This document shows, one piece after another, positions 25,781 to 39,327 of a stretch of DNA of 64,000 bases. Every line of letters starts with the position of its first letter. The stretch's first letter is position 1. Location: the NCBI RefSeq assembly GCF_036365525.1, contig NC_090380.1, positions 82,469,658-82,533,657 of the forward strand, written 5' to 3'. The DNA comes from Heterodontus francisci. Taxonomy: Eukaryota. Under the pieces are notes generated by a model. That model was given only the letters and a program-made list of their open reading frames with translations. It did no database searches and had not been told where the DNA came from. A program made the translations under genes and the position numbers.

Positions 25781-28242
25781 TCATTCTTACAAGCAAAAGA
25801 ATGCATAAAGCAAGGTGGGGCATAAAGCTCCAGTCAGGTTCTCCCTTTATGGTTCAGTTACTAATGCAACGCCATTGGCAGATCCTCAAAGACTTGTTCC
25901 CTGCCTACACTGGCTATTCTGCTGCCAGTTCCTGTTGAAGTGTATGTGGCAGAGTTTGTGACATTATAGGGCTTCCACTAACTCCTTAATGTCAGAGTAC
26001 ATAACCACTGTGTTGATATGGCTGGTTCAGTTAAGATTTTGGTCAATTGCGGCCCACAAAATGTTGATGGTAGGGAACTTGGCAATAGTGCTGCCATTGG
26101 AGGTCAAGAGGGGGTATTTGGACTTTCTCTTGTTCAGGCTAGCTACACCCTGGCATTTATGCAATGTACACATTACCTGCCACTTGGCAACCCACAGCTG
26201 ATGTTTTCCAAACTGGACCAGTCACATAAAAGCTGCAGCTACTATGGTAAGTCAGAGACTGGGCATTCTGTGGAGAGTGTCTTACCTCCTTAATGGAGGT
26301 GAGTCCCCAAAGAGTGCTGTTCCTGGGCCTCCAAAACACTTCACCCCATTTTGACCTATTTGAGGTCACCCCACCTCTGCCCTAGTATCGCTGGCCTTCC
26401 TCTTGGCAAGCTCAAACAGAACGCCCTGCTTGGCATCTACAGCTTGCCAGCAGCATGCCAATGATGCCTGGGTCTCAAAATGGTTCAGGCCTCAGGTTTG
26501 CACAAAACAGACTTTGCACCCATTTGAGGCAAAATCATCCCTAATGTCTCAGAATGTTTTACAAGAGGGAAGAGAAGGACACCAGGCATGAAATGAGAAA
26601 TTAAACTGTCAAAGAGATGTGTTTTTTTAAGAGGTAGTGGGTTTTGAAGTGAGGGAGAGAGATAGCAAGGCAAAAGGATTTTGGGAGAACTGTGACTGAA
26701 ACCCTGGTCTTCAAAGGTGGTGCAAGAGTGTGTAGGGACTTGCAGAAATCTAGACTCAAAGAGTTCAGAGTGCAAACTGGGAATTGCAGGTAAATGCCAA
26801 ATTTGTACAAACAGTTATAACCTTTAGTTACTTATTTCTCATAAAAGCAGTGAATAGGAGCCATCTCAGTGATCAGGAGCGATTAAAAGACCAACAATTG
26901 TAGGAGAAAATGGGAATGTTGTACACAACCATTTGTGTTTAAAATATATACATTTCATATTCTGCCTCTCTGAACAAGGATGCTTTCAACAATCTTCATT
27001 GGAAATGGGGTGTAATAGCTGTTGATTTATATTGGATCTTCATTGTCCTACTTGTAATCCACAGATGTTGAAAGTGTGAAGCATTGTTTGGTAATTTGAT
27101 ATGTCTTTAGATGGTGCTGACTCCAAGGTTATTTATTCTTAAATTACAGATTTATAACTTTAAAAATAATCAATGTACATCACAATTCCCAATAACAATT
27201 TCTGGGGATGGATTCAGTCGCAGGTTTACATTTAAGGCTTGTTCTTTTTTACCCACCGGGCCTTATCTGTATGCCAGTCAGCTGCTTGCCCAAAAGGGTT
27301 TAAAGTGCCAGCAGCCAGTAGCTAGTGCAATCATTTGGGTGATTGGAGGTCACCACCTGGCATCAAAGGAAAGATAGCCAGCAAGCAGGTAAATCACAGG
27401 TAATGGGTGGTCTTGTGTGAGGGCAGGGGGGATGGGGGAAATATGGGGTTAGGGAGGGTGCTACTGTCCTTGGGGGAGCAGGAGAAGTGCTGCCAAAAAT
27501 CCGTTTTTGTTATAATCCCATTTCATGTCCACTTCAAATACCTATGCGTAATCTATCTACCTTTCCTCCCACCATCGCACCTATTATATTGGTAATATCA
27601 GATTGTGTTGGCTGAAAGAAAAAATTAAGTTAAAATAGGGATCTTAAATGGAAAGAAGATAGGAGGGGATAATTTTTTTTTAAATATATGGTCGAACTGA
27701 GACATGAAGAACACTGACCTATGAAACAGATTACTGACTAACTTTTCTTTGATTACCCTCCTGTATGATGACCATTGTACCAACCAGTATGTACAGCGGG
27801 CAAATTGTGTTAGTACCAACATGACTGCTATAAGCAGTGGGGACTGTATATGCATAGGTCTTGCATAAGCCTCAAAAGATAATTATCCAAGACCATCTAT
27901 TTCTAGTCACAATATAATAATAAAGATTATAGTCTGTACACGTAGATGGATATTTATGATGTACTGACAGGAAACCACTTGCGTGGCAAAGTTTTTAGAA
28001 CAAGCGTGCAAGTGGGCAATGCACAATGCTTACACCAAAGGTATACATCTCAATGAACCCAAATATAAATATATTATTCCACCATTGAGCAAGTTTAAGT
28101 TGATTTTTTTGTCTGTGAAAGAGCTTGTGAATTTTTACACGGCTGAGAAAACAGTTGGAAGAAAATATTAGAAGTGTTTGAGAAAGGCAAAAAGGAAAGA
28201 TACACGGAAGAATTTTTCAGCTGAGCAGGAAGTAGACACAGT

Positions 28243-29111
28243 GGGCTGAATTTTTAAAGCTCACCCCCGCCCCCCCCACGATAACGTAGAGGGGGCAACC
28301 GCTCCATCCCCCACAACAATGTCTGGTACCACCGCGCAGGCCACCGCCCATTTTAAAGGGCTTCAAGCCCTTCAGTGAGAATCACATTTTTAAAAGTACC
28401 GCTGTCAAAAAAAACCTTTTGATTGCACTTTGAATCCACTCTCTCACCCCCCAATGAGGAATCAATATGCAAATTGCCCTCTCGCCCCAAGAAAATCCGA
28501 AGGCGCTGGAATTCCGGCATTCAGCTAGAATATTGACGTGGGGCGGCCATCACTACAAGGTAAGTCATTGGTCTTTCATTTAAATTTAATTAACATATTT
28601 AAATTACGTCTCCGTCGCCGTGCGGTGGGGAGACCGCCACAAAGCCTCGCCGTTACTGGTAAAATATGGAGGTGCCTTCCTGGTATCGAAGCCCGTGACA
28701 GGCCAGGACAGGACTACGTGCTGAGGGACGCACTAAAGCTAGGGGCAGCTGCGGCAAAGGCTCAATGGGGAAAGACCACGGTAAGGTCCCCCCGCCAAGG
28801 TGAACTGAGAGGCTGGATCCATGGGAAACCCCTCAACTGTATCCAGAAAATATTGTTTTGCTGTAAAATGTACATGGCATTTCAAATGAAATGAAAGGGT
28901 TGTGAGGCAACTCACTCCTGTATTGAAGGAAACTGATCTCCTTTGCACTCTTTGTATTGTTAGACTTTGTGCTTTTTGGAACTGTTTTGTAATGTATTTT
29001 TTACAGTTTTTTATGAATAAAGTATATTTTGGAAATTTTAAAAAAATTCTCCCAGAAGTATATTCCCCCCACCATGACCCCTGACATAGGGGGGCTGGTA
29101 AAATGCAGCCC
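28243..29111. mobile_element. Harbinger-type MITE containing a Tx1/L1-like 3' fragment (~28706-29046)
   Basis: TIRs GGGCTGAATTTT / AAAATGCAGCCC and 3-bp TSD AGT. The insert encodes QDYVLRDALKLGAAAAKAQWGKTTV, then AATAAA and an A-rich tail. Confidence 0.75.
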
Positions 29112-29944
29112 AGTATCACAGGCTGTGTTAACTCTTCAATGAACAGCTTGAGTGGAAACATTATGGAGAATCAAAAACTACCAAATGTGTTGAATTAATT
29201 CTTCGCAAATGAAAACTGGTTAAAGTTTGTCTCAGGAAAATAAAGTTTGTAGAGGTTCAGGATAGCATTGTCTGAAGAAACTCAAGGAAGTCTACAGGGC
29301 ACCTGGAGTGGAGATGAAATCTTCAGGAAAATGAGTGAGGAAACATGCAAGCAAGGGGAATTTGTTTTAGGAGTTTTCTAAACACTACAGTAGTAGTAGA
29401 CTCGCCAACTTTAAGGGCATTTAAGTGGTCATTGGATAGACATATGGATGAAAATGGAATAGTGTAGGTCAGATGGTTTCACAGGTCGGCGCAACATCGA
29501 GGGCCGAAGGGCCTGTACTGCGCTGTAATGTTCTAATTCTAATCTAACTACAGTTATGCCTGAGGACCGAAGATAGCAAATATTTTTTAAAAATGAGGGA
29601 TACTTCAGGCAACTATAAATGAATGAAGGCACCCTGCTACACTCAGATTAATTTATCCATGTGATCTGAATACTGAGTCTAGTCAACAACGCTGCAAATC
29701 TAAAGCTAAAAGTGATTTTGTTACACTACTACAGCTTGCATTACCACTTTCTTGTTCAGTTATCAGTTTTGCATCTTTGTGGAATGTGGCAAGTACAGGT
29801 ATCTGTTAATAGACTTTCACTCAATTTAATATTAATTTTATCTTTGAAATAAGGTTTAATACTGAACTTTGCAGTAGTCAGAAGTTATATTGTCAAAGAC
29901 AAAGATTTTTCGTCATCCGCATTGTTTAGCAGCAGGTTTCATAT

Positions 29945-30052
29945 CACCTGTAATCATTTATCTCCAAAAGAGGAAGTGTTAACAATAGTTACTGAGAATT
30001 ACTCTCCTGATTCAGCAGCATCACATATATTCATCCTTAACTTCATGTAAGT
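29945..30052 (+). promoter_or_regulatory. Candidate promoter and non-coding first exon of the IgSF receptor (PU.1/Spi ETS site, E-box, splice donor)
   Basis: AAAAGAGGAAGTG at 29966-29978, CACCTG at 29945-29950 and donor GTAAGT at 30047, in non-repetitive DNA. The leader exon has an upstream acceptor, so a 5' UTR exon is expected. Confidence 0.35.
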
Positions 30053-31078
30053 GTTTTATTTTATTGTCCTTTACAGAGGGTTTTCTGGGGTATTAAATAG
30101 CATGACGATAATAATGTACAAATCAGATTTTTATAACCGACAGTTTGCTGCATTTAGACGACAGCTGGGTACAAACGGACAAATTTCCAGCTGAATATTC
30201 TGCCTGGTAAACAGGTTCAGAGGCAGAAGGAGCAGTGGCTGAAGCATTGCCACTGGTATTCTCGGTATTCCATGGAACATTTTCCTTTCCCTGCATTATT
30301 CTGCAAGGTCCGTGATTACTTTTCCATTTTCATGTTTGAATAATGGGTAAAAATGGAAAGTTTGACATTTTTGATTTTATTTATTTTGGCACTGCTATTT
30401 ACAATATCTATAAGCTTCTGTTGATAATATATTTTTCTTATGAATTTGGGTATATTGTAAGGTACTAAACTAGTTTGTAAATTCTGTGTTAACTAATAAA
30501 TAGGACTTATGTTGCAGGGCGGGGTGTGCCCACTGAATTTGGTGAGGGATCCCTTCCCGATTATCATTTAAAAGAAAGAAACTGCAAATGTTTCAAATCT
30601 GAAATTACACAGCGTGTACAATAATATTTCAGGTTGAATGAATCATCAGAAATATGTCTTAGACTGTTTGACAGCTCTTGTTTTGTCCTTGGGAAATATT
30701 GCTTGGTTCAGAGCAGGATTTTAGGGGTGATTGCTGTAAGTCATTTTAGGTCAAAACTTAGAATTGAAACTTCCTACGTTCACATTTATAATAGGAAAAC
30801 CATACATTGGAATTCTACAAAGAGAAAAAACTATCTCAACATGTTAACATTTATATTGGCAAACTGTATGTGAACATTTATAATGGGAAAACCATACGTA
30901 CCTATTTTACGTTCTCAGATTGCTGATAAACATTCATATCACCTAAAATACGGTTGGAAAAGGTTTGACATGCTATGTTTTTGCACAGTAATTGAAATTT
31001 CTATGTCCAAAATGGAACTTTAAAACAACATTCAAAAAAATTACAAATGTTTTAATTATATGACTAAATTTATCCATT

Positions 31079-31731
31079 GGGCTGGCTTTTAAGAAGCCCT
31101 TGATGTCGGGATCCGTAGTGGGGGAGCCTGAAGATTGCCCCGATGAGGCCTGCCACGGACGTTGACACTGGTAGGGCTCAGCCCAATATTACAAGTGGCG
31201 GCGAGGCCTCATGGCGCCCCCCACCCAAGCCCACCCCACACACCCCATCCCGCCCCCGCCCGGCAACCAGACCACAATTTATATATTTAAATAAATTAAA
31301 ATACCATCGCCTTGGATGTCCTGTCATGATCTTCACCCCTGTGACCAGATCCCTGTCCAGGGATACGAGGCACAACACTTGTGGGGAGAGGGGAGGAGGT
31401 AACTTTCTCTGAGCGGGAGTGGTGGGGGGGAGAGTGGAGTCAAATTAACATCTTGGGTGTAGGGGATGGTGGAAGGGGTTATAGTTGAAAGTTTGTGCAG
31501 TTGCGGGGGGGGCGAGGAAGGTCAGATCGTAAAGGTAAGTGTTTTGGGGGAAGGGCAAATAATTAATTTAATTGTTATTGGGATGGTGGGAGAGAGGGAA
31601 AAGAGATGAATTTATTTAATTTCATTTAATCTTTCCTTAAGTATTTAATTATTCCGGTGAGCTGCTGCGTGGGAGATTGCGGCGGCTCTTTGGCCTGCGG
31701 GAGATTGCGGCGAGCTACTAAAATCCAGCCC
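31079..31731. mobile_element. Harbinger-type MITE
   Basis: TIRs GGGCTGGCTTTT / AAAATCCAGCCC; same family as 49404-50170. Confidence 0.7.
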
Positions 31732-31861
31732 ATAGTAAAACAATGCAGTGCTGTAGTTGCAATGTACTTTAATTTAAAAGGTAGCCTTAAAAAGAAACTA
31801 CTTCAAGAATTCTCATACATTTTCCCTATTCAATTAAAGTCTACAGGTCTGGTAACACTGA

Positions 31862-34800
31862 GGGGCAATTTTCAAACACTGCTGAAAGTGGGAGCAGGTG
31901 TGAATGCAATTTGAAGATCACATTTTCAGAGGTCAGCACTGGGTCCTGCTGCCTCTGGAAGGTGATGCAATTTTCAAAGTGCAGCCGGCAGGGATGGAAC
32001 AGGTCAGGAGCTCGTGTCCAATTAAGTGCCTGTTGAGCTCATTAAAGAGCTCATTAACAGGCTTGTCAGGAACAGGGATCTGTTTTTAAAGGCTGGAAAA
32101 AGGGAAAACGCCATGGAGGGAATACAACAGGATTGTGAAGACGTGAGCAGTGTGGAGGACCATGAGGGCTATGGGAAGGGCTGATTAAAATAAAGCAGAA
32201 GCAGCAAATAAATCTTAGCTGCTTCAGATGTGTCTCAGTGTGGATATTGTTGCAGCTGGAAGAGTTAAATGTTACATTGGAGAGTACCATGAAACTGGAT
32301 AGGGAAGTGTGCTTGCTGCCATCACTGTGGCAGCTAGGGTTGGCATGGGAAGGCCTGGTGAGCATTCAAGGCCCAGCTGATGGAGGTCAGATGGGATCAG
32401 GCTATTCTGACATTGGACAGAGCAGCTAGGATGAGCTGCAGCATATAGACCCTCCTGGACAGCAGGAGGCCAGGAGAGCACAGTGGGTGGGCAACACTGA
32501 TTCAGCCATGCTTCACCTGATCTCAACCTAATCCTTGTAGCTGAGAAGCCCAACTACTCATCTTCCACCATGCAGAACTATTGCACCACTTATTTCCTAA
32601 ACTGAAAGGTTCCATTGTCAGCCATGAACATGCATGTGGAACTTTCCTCCATCCATATATTTGCAACATTGAAAAGCTTGGTCAAATAGCAGTCTCAGAT
32701 CTCCATGCTCCCTCCACCAGTATCATATTGCAGCATCCACTTTTCCAGAGGACACATCAACAACACACATGTCTGAGTGATGATGAGAAATTTGTATTGT
32801 GAGGCATAACAAAATAAAGACAGAAATGACCATAAGCACCCAGGTGACCCCAGAAGTAAAATCAGCAAAGTGGCACCTTCCTCTCCTTTACATTTCTACA
32901 GGATGCTCCCAGCGTAGCAGAGGATGAGGTGGAGGCAGCCTGCTCACTCTTCTCTGTCACTGGCTGAGACACCTTTGGCTTCTGTCTTCATCTGGCAGTT
33001 GCCCATGGGGCCCCCTCCACAGGATGCTGTGCCTGCGTCATGGCAGAGGCTGCCTGTCACAGGGCCCTGGCACACAAATGGCTCCTGAATTAGAGGGGAC
33101 GAAGGGCCAAAGGGTGATGCCGGAACCCCCTGAGCAGTTGCCCTGTCATCACCTGTGAGGTCCATCTCAGCCCTTTCCTGGCACTACTGGATGCTAGAAG
33201 CAGTCACCGGCTGGGACGCAGCTGTAACCACTCTGAGCACCTTTGCACCATCAGCGACACTGAACGATCTATGCTGCAGAGAGGTTCACTCTTTATGCAC
33301 ATATCAGCGCATTGGTCCTGTGCCCACTAAGAATGGTGCTGCATTTGGCTCTCCAAGAGGTTGCCAATCTTATGGAGGAGCTCATATGATTGAAGCCCTG
33401 GGTCATAACATTGCACAAGTGCTGCATGGACTCCTCCATTGCTTGCCCATGGCTCTGCAAAGCCTGAGGGAATTCAGACAAATGGGAACTTATCTGCCTC
33501 TGGTTCTCGAGGAAAACCCTGCTTGTTTGTGACAACTGAGGGGCAGCATCTTCGTCCAGTGAAGCATTGCTGTGTCTGTCCTCCATCCTCCAAGGGGGAC
33601 TGCCCATAGGTGACTCTGCCTCACCCTCCTCTTCCTGCTCATGAATGCTGTGAGGTTCACCCAGTGATGCTCCCCTTTCTACGCTAAACTGGGGTCCAGC
33701 CGAGATGAGTGTGTCCATGCTGGTGGAGGGTGCAAGGTATCATGTCATAGTGCATTTGCCATGTACCCGTCGCCAGATACTGATGTCGGTGCCAAGAAAG
33801 AACATTGCCTTGGAAGCCTCTCTACCATTGGCCCTGTGAGAGAGAAGACAATGGTAATGAGAAGTGGTTCTAATCACCAAGTGCCCTAGCACATCCAGTC
33901 CCTTATAAGACAGCCGTCTTAAATCCAAAGTTCACACTGGGCAGGAGTCTCCTCCTGATGTAATGTTGCTTTAATTGCTTTAATACTGATTAACATACTG
34001 CTGACTGTGTAAATAATTTAGTATACATTATCACAGGACATGATGCAAGTTAACATGTGATACAGTAGTTGGAACAGTTAGCAAGTAGCATGCATAGTGA
34101 AGAGTTCTCCTAGAATCCTGTTATTCTTCATTAAAGAACACTTTGTTTAGTTTACCAATCAATGTTATTGTGTTTAGTACGCATGTGTTAAGAGCCAAAA
34201 GTACAACACCTCCATGCCCTTCACCTCAAGGAAGAGTTACCCAATGATCCTGCTGCTCATGGCCTCCCATCTCGCCATCCCCCACTGATTGCTGGATTGG
34301 CACCCTGGTGATATCCAGCACTGCCACCTCCACTGAAGTTAAGATGTGGAGCTGGGCCACTCCACCTCCCATTCTGGCCATCTTCCTTGCAATATGGGCA
34401 CTGTTCTCCTGCAGGGTCAGATGAGAGAGATCCATAAATATGCTGCCTGCTCCCTCATCTCTCTCAGCCTGTCATTCAAATGGGCTTATGTCCCCCTCAG
34501 TGATGTCCCCATCTGAGTGTCTCTGTACAGTGAGCACACACTTAAACCGATGTATGTATGGACATGATATGAGGTCTTTTTGTGGCTTTCTACTGCTTGG
34601 AGAATTTCTGCCCATTCAACCAGATACCGATGGCCACTTACCTGACCAGACTACAATAGATCATTAAACCTGTTGCTGCACTGCAGCTCGGTCCTTCTCA
34701 TTGGCCCCTGTTTGCTGACCTCCGTGGCCACCTCCATTCACGCCGTCCTGGTCTTGTTTTGGGGGGTTCCTCCTCTCTGAGGCTGGGTAGAAGACCTCTC

Positions 34801-35117
34801 TTCACTTGGACACAGCATGTATTAGAGCCTCCAGAGAGCATCGGAAGAGTGAAGTGCTGCCCAGGGATGCGTTCCCATTGCCTATACAGGCCTTCTGAGA
34901 TCCCTGGTGACTCATTGGTATAGGCAACGGCAAGTCCAGTGAAAGCTGCAGCTTGCCTTTAAAAATTGCTGTCAATTGCCTGTTATTGCCTCCATAACCT
35001 TCCAGTGCCTCTAATTGGGTGCCAGACTTGATCCCAGGCCAATTACTCAGCATGCGTTTAAAAATAGTTGTAACTGCTCCGGTCATCGTGGTCCTGACCA
35101 GAAAACGAAATCCAGCA
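31862..35117. mobile_element. Decayed PIF/Harbinger element with Myb/SANT-like gene remnants on the - strand
   Basis: Same exon layout as the minus-strand gene in 11940-17500 (ENSAHIARKMARMGGG; VFLENQRQ...MEESMQHL). Confidence 0.6.
33956..34208 (+). mobile_element. Short solo LTR
   Basis: TG...CA ends, ATTAAA signal, 5-bp TSD CCTCC on both sides. Confidence 0.7.
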
Positions 35118-37311
35118 CTTAGAGTTTAATAATTAGGTCAGTTTGCATGAAAAATTAGTAAGCTTTCTACAGTTATTCACATTGCTTAAAAAGGACACCA
35201 TTTAATGAGGATTTCTAGAACCCACGCAAAATTTAAAACTGTTTATCACACACTCACAACACCAGCTATCTCTCTCTGCCTCTTCCATTGATTCAAAGGC
35301 TGTCACTACTCACTCCTGTCTGACATCAAGGCCTGGGTGAGCTAAAATTTTCACCACCAAAACTAAAACAATATTGTCCACTTCCCCCTCTACTTTTCCT
35401 CAATGAATCTCCTTCCATGGCATCCTTCGCCTTTCTGCCTCTGTTCCTGCCTTCAAATTCTCCTCCAAACCTCTTTTTCAACTACGCCATTAGTGCCCCA
35501 TCCGAAAACTTTACTTTTTCTTTTTCTTTTTCCTGCTGTTTTTTCTGCTTGTTGTGAAAACTCAGTTGAGCGATCTTCCTGCTCATGAGGCATGTCATGG
35601 AAACGCAAAGTGTTTTCTAAACCTGTTGACTACAGGGGAGGTAGGATAAATTGAAAAGTTATTGCTGTAAGTGCTGAACTATTACAGTAAATTAACCTTG
35701 CTCTGAAAGTACTTCTCATTTAATTGATACTTTAGTGGATTTACAGATTCCCAATTAGAATAAGTGTTTGCAATAGTCTGTTGCAGTTGCAAAGGCCATT
35801 CTTCCCTGTCTTTGGTAAATTAGGCCTAGTCATGCATGGAATAAATTAATGAACCTGATGAACTAAATTTTATTTTAAAAATTTGATTCAGTAAATGGCA
35901 GCACAAAGTGAGATTTATGTGGTCTGCATGTGGTATTACACTTTCTGTGCCAGTGTACCAGCCCAATTCTGTTCATCCTGTTTTTAATTAAATTAGTTTC
36001 ATTGAGCTGTACTGAAAAAATATACATTTTGACTGAAAATGACACAAACCGTTCTGCTATTGGCCTAGAGTAACTGTGACCAAATCACAATCCATGAGCT
36101 ACATGTGGCTCCAGAGCTTCAGAAATCCAGTCCTTGCAGCTGAGGCAATTCTAGCTTATATAGATATTTATTGGTTGGTTTATGGTGTTTGAATTTTGTG
36201 ATGCTGGAACTTTGGAAATTGCTGTTCTTAGTGCCTTTGCTTCATTATCGGATTAATGCTAAATCAGGGCATCAAGATCCTTTAGTATTAATTGAGAAAT
36301 GCGCAAATGAATGGGGATTGTGATCAAAATTAAATATGTCTCTCCCACCGCATTCTATACACCTATACGGCCTGCAGGTAAGTGTAGACACTCACTGTGA
36401 GAATAAAGCTATCACCCAGTACTAAATAATATAGAACAGAAGATTGCAGATTCAATCTGCACTCTGTACTCAATCGTTTGATCTCAATCAGGGCAGTAGT
36501 TGAACAATTCACTTCAGCATCAGGGCTTACAATAATCAGAATTCGCACCAGAGATCATGCTTGGTGACCTCTTCAGCCTGTGAGCAAGTTGGAGCTGTTA
36601 GTTGCTTCGAGGAATCCAACACCAAAAGCCACAGGTGGAGAAGCTGATCAAGACATTTCAAAGAGTTATTTATAAATGGCAGCAGTGCACACACATTAAA
36701 ATCAGTCAATTCAAATTTCTCGGACTCTGGGGAACCACACTGATCTGTTAGGTTTAATGAACATATTCTACTAATGGTAATTGACTCCCAGAAGAGTCTC
36801 ACACACCCCAATGCCACCTTTGCCAACAGACAAATTAACTACTGGCTGACAAGAAGCTCTCAGGTTAACATTGGATTGGTACTCTCCACAAGTCAACACC
36901 AAATAGTGCAATACAAAAAGTGATTGTGTGTTCAATGAATATATCCACAGCTCTTGTTCCTGCCTTTTTCCCTGACCATTAGAATAATGGTCTTCAGAGC
37001 GAGGCTGTGTATTTGTTTCACTCCACTTGTCTAACACATACAATGAACAGTAAAAACAAGGACTAGAGATATTCACTGGGTGTGATAATAACAAGAAATA
37101 ATAGATACTCTATCACAACAATGTTTCAACACTGTAATTTTAATAAAATACAGAGAAATTTCATGTTAATGACGAGGAATGACACATGATAGCATCTACC
37201 AAATATTCCTGTTCCATTTCTAGTGCCAATGTCACTTCCAAAATAATATCTATTTCCATTATATTGCAAAACAATTTCCATTTTATTGATTAATTGGGGT
37301 CCATTATATTG

Positions 37312-38920
37312 CTTTGCCTCTGCTGGGTTGAGGGAGCAGTACCACAGGACATGCGCGATGCCAATATCATCACCCTCTATAAGAACAAGGGTGATCGCGG
37401 TGACTGCAACAACTACCACGGAATCTTCCTGCTCAACATAGTGGGGAAAGTCTTCGCTCGAGTTGTTTTAAACAGACTCCAGAAACTGGCTGAGCCTGTC
37501 TACCCTGAGGCACAGTGCGGCTTTCGAGCAGAGAGATCCACCATTGACATGCTGTTCTCCCTTCGCCAGCTACAGGAGAAATGCCACGAACAGCAGATGC
37601 CCCTCTACGTTGCTTTCATTGATCTCACCAAAGCCTTTGACCTCGTCAGCAGACGTGGTCTCTTCAGACTACTAACAAAGATCAGATGTCCACCAAGGCG
37701 ACTAAGTACCATCACCTCATTCCATGACAATATGAAAAGCACAATTCAGCATAGCGGTGCCTCATCAGACCCCTTTCCTATCCTGAGTGGCGTGAAGCAG
37801 GGCTGTGTTCTCGCACCTACACTGTTTGGGATCTTCTTCTCACTGCTGTTCTCACATGCGTTCAAGTCTTCAGAAGAAGGAATTTTCCTCTACACAAGAT
37901 CAGATGGCAGGTTGTTCAACCTTGCCCGTCTTAGAGTGAAGACCAAAGTACGGAAGGTCCTCATCAGGGAACTCCTCTTTGCTGACGATGCTGCATTAAC
38001 ATCTCACACTGAACAGTGTCTGCAGAGACTCATCAACAGGATTGCGGCTGCCTGCAATGAATTTGGCCTAACCATCAGCTTCAAGAAAACGAACATCATG
38101 GGACAGAACGTAAGAAATGCTCCATCCATCAGTATCAGCAACCACACTCTGGAAGTGGTTCAAGAGTTCACCTACCTAGGCTCAACTATCACAAGTAACC
38201 TGTCTCCTCGATGCAGAAATCAACAAGCGCATGGGAAAGACTTCCACTGTTATGTCCAGACTAGCCAAGAGAGTGTGGGAAAATGGCACACTGGCACGGA
38301 ACACAAAAGTCTGAGTGTATCAAGCCTGTGTCCTCAGTACCTTGCCCTACGGCAGCGAGGCCTGGACAACGTATGTCAGCCAAGAGCGATGTCTCAACTC
38401 ATTCCATCTTTGCTGCCTCCAGAGAATCCTTGGCATCAGGTGGCAGGACCGTATCTCCAACGCAGAAGCCCTCGAGGCGGCCAACATCCCCAGCATATAC
38501 ACCCTACTGAGCCAGCGGCGCTTGAGATGGCTTGGCCATGTGAGCCGCATGGAAGATGGCAGGCTCCCCAAGGACGCATTGTACAGCCAGCTCGTCACTG
38601 GTATCTGACCCATCGGCCGTCCATGTCTCCGCTTTAAAGATGTTGCCAGTGATCGCCAAAGCTGGCGGACAGCCATAAAGGTGGGGCTAAAGAGTGGCGA
38701 GTCGAAGAGACTTAGCAGTTGGCAGGGAAGAAGACAGAAGCACAAGGGGAGAGCCAACTGTGTAACAGCCCCGACAGCCAATTTTATCTGCAGCACCTGT
38801 GGAAGAATCTCTCACTCTAGAATTGGCCTTTATAGCCACTCCAGGCATTGCTTGACAAACCACTGACCACCTCTCGGCGCTTACCCATTGTCTCTCGAGG
38901 CAAGGAGGCCAAAGAGAGGG
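37312..38920 (+). mobile_element. 5'-truncated RTE (BovB-like) LINE
   Basis: RT ORF (PEAQCGFR, FIDLTKAFDLV, GVKQGCVLAP, LLFADD), C-terminal CxxC...H zinc finger, 9-bp TSD ATTATATTG. Confidence 0.9.
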
Positions 38921-39263
38921 ATTATATTGTCGCTCTTTTGATCTGTCACAATTTCAGTGATAATCACTCATTTTGTTGAAAAACGGCAAGCTATTTTAAT
39001 GAAACTCCTTCTTAGAAAGAAATCAGTTTAAATGGACTTGCAATCTGTCTAACTCTTAAGTCTCACTCCAATATTTCGTCAATGTTGATGGCCTTGATGT
39101 CTGGATACTTACTTTTAAAGATGAAAATTAAGTGTTAGAGATAGAGGGTTGAATTTCACTAAATCATCCAATCTCCACTGCAAAGTGTGTAAGAAAATCT
39201 GCAAGACAGTTACCTTTCAAAGTTCATTGCTTTCTTTTCTATATTTTCAGAACTCATCAAATA

Positions 39264-39327
39264 ATGTTACTGCTGAGAAATCACGGTGTCCAGCTTCCTA
39301 TTTTACTGCTTATCCTTCTCAGTGCAG
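39264..39327 (+). CDS. Leader (signal peptide) exon of the IgSF receptor: MLLLRNHGVQLPILLLILLSA
   Basis: Acceptor tttcttttctatattttcAG ends at 39250; ATG at 39264; hydrophobic core; phase-1 donor GCAG|GTGAGG at 39328, in frame with the V exon (...LSA-V-KS/QNLT). Confidence 0.8.

Noticed and set aside
30230-30307. Alternative signal-peptide exon (...LPLVFSVFHGTFSFPCIILQ)
   Set aside because: No convincing in-frame ATG and a weak donor (GTCCGT). The 39264 exon is a much better leader.
36363-36826. Minus-strand ORFs with faint leucine-rich-repeat-like spacing
   Set aside because: No clear LxxLxLxxN repeats, no supporting exon structure, and the strand does not match the NACHT-like remnant.
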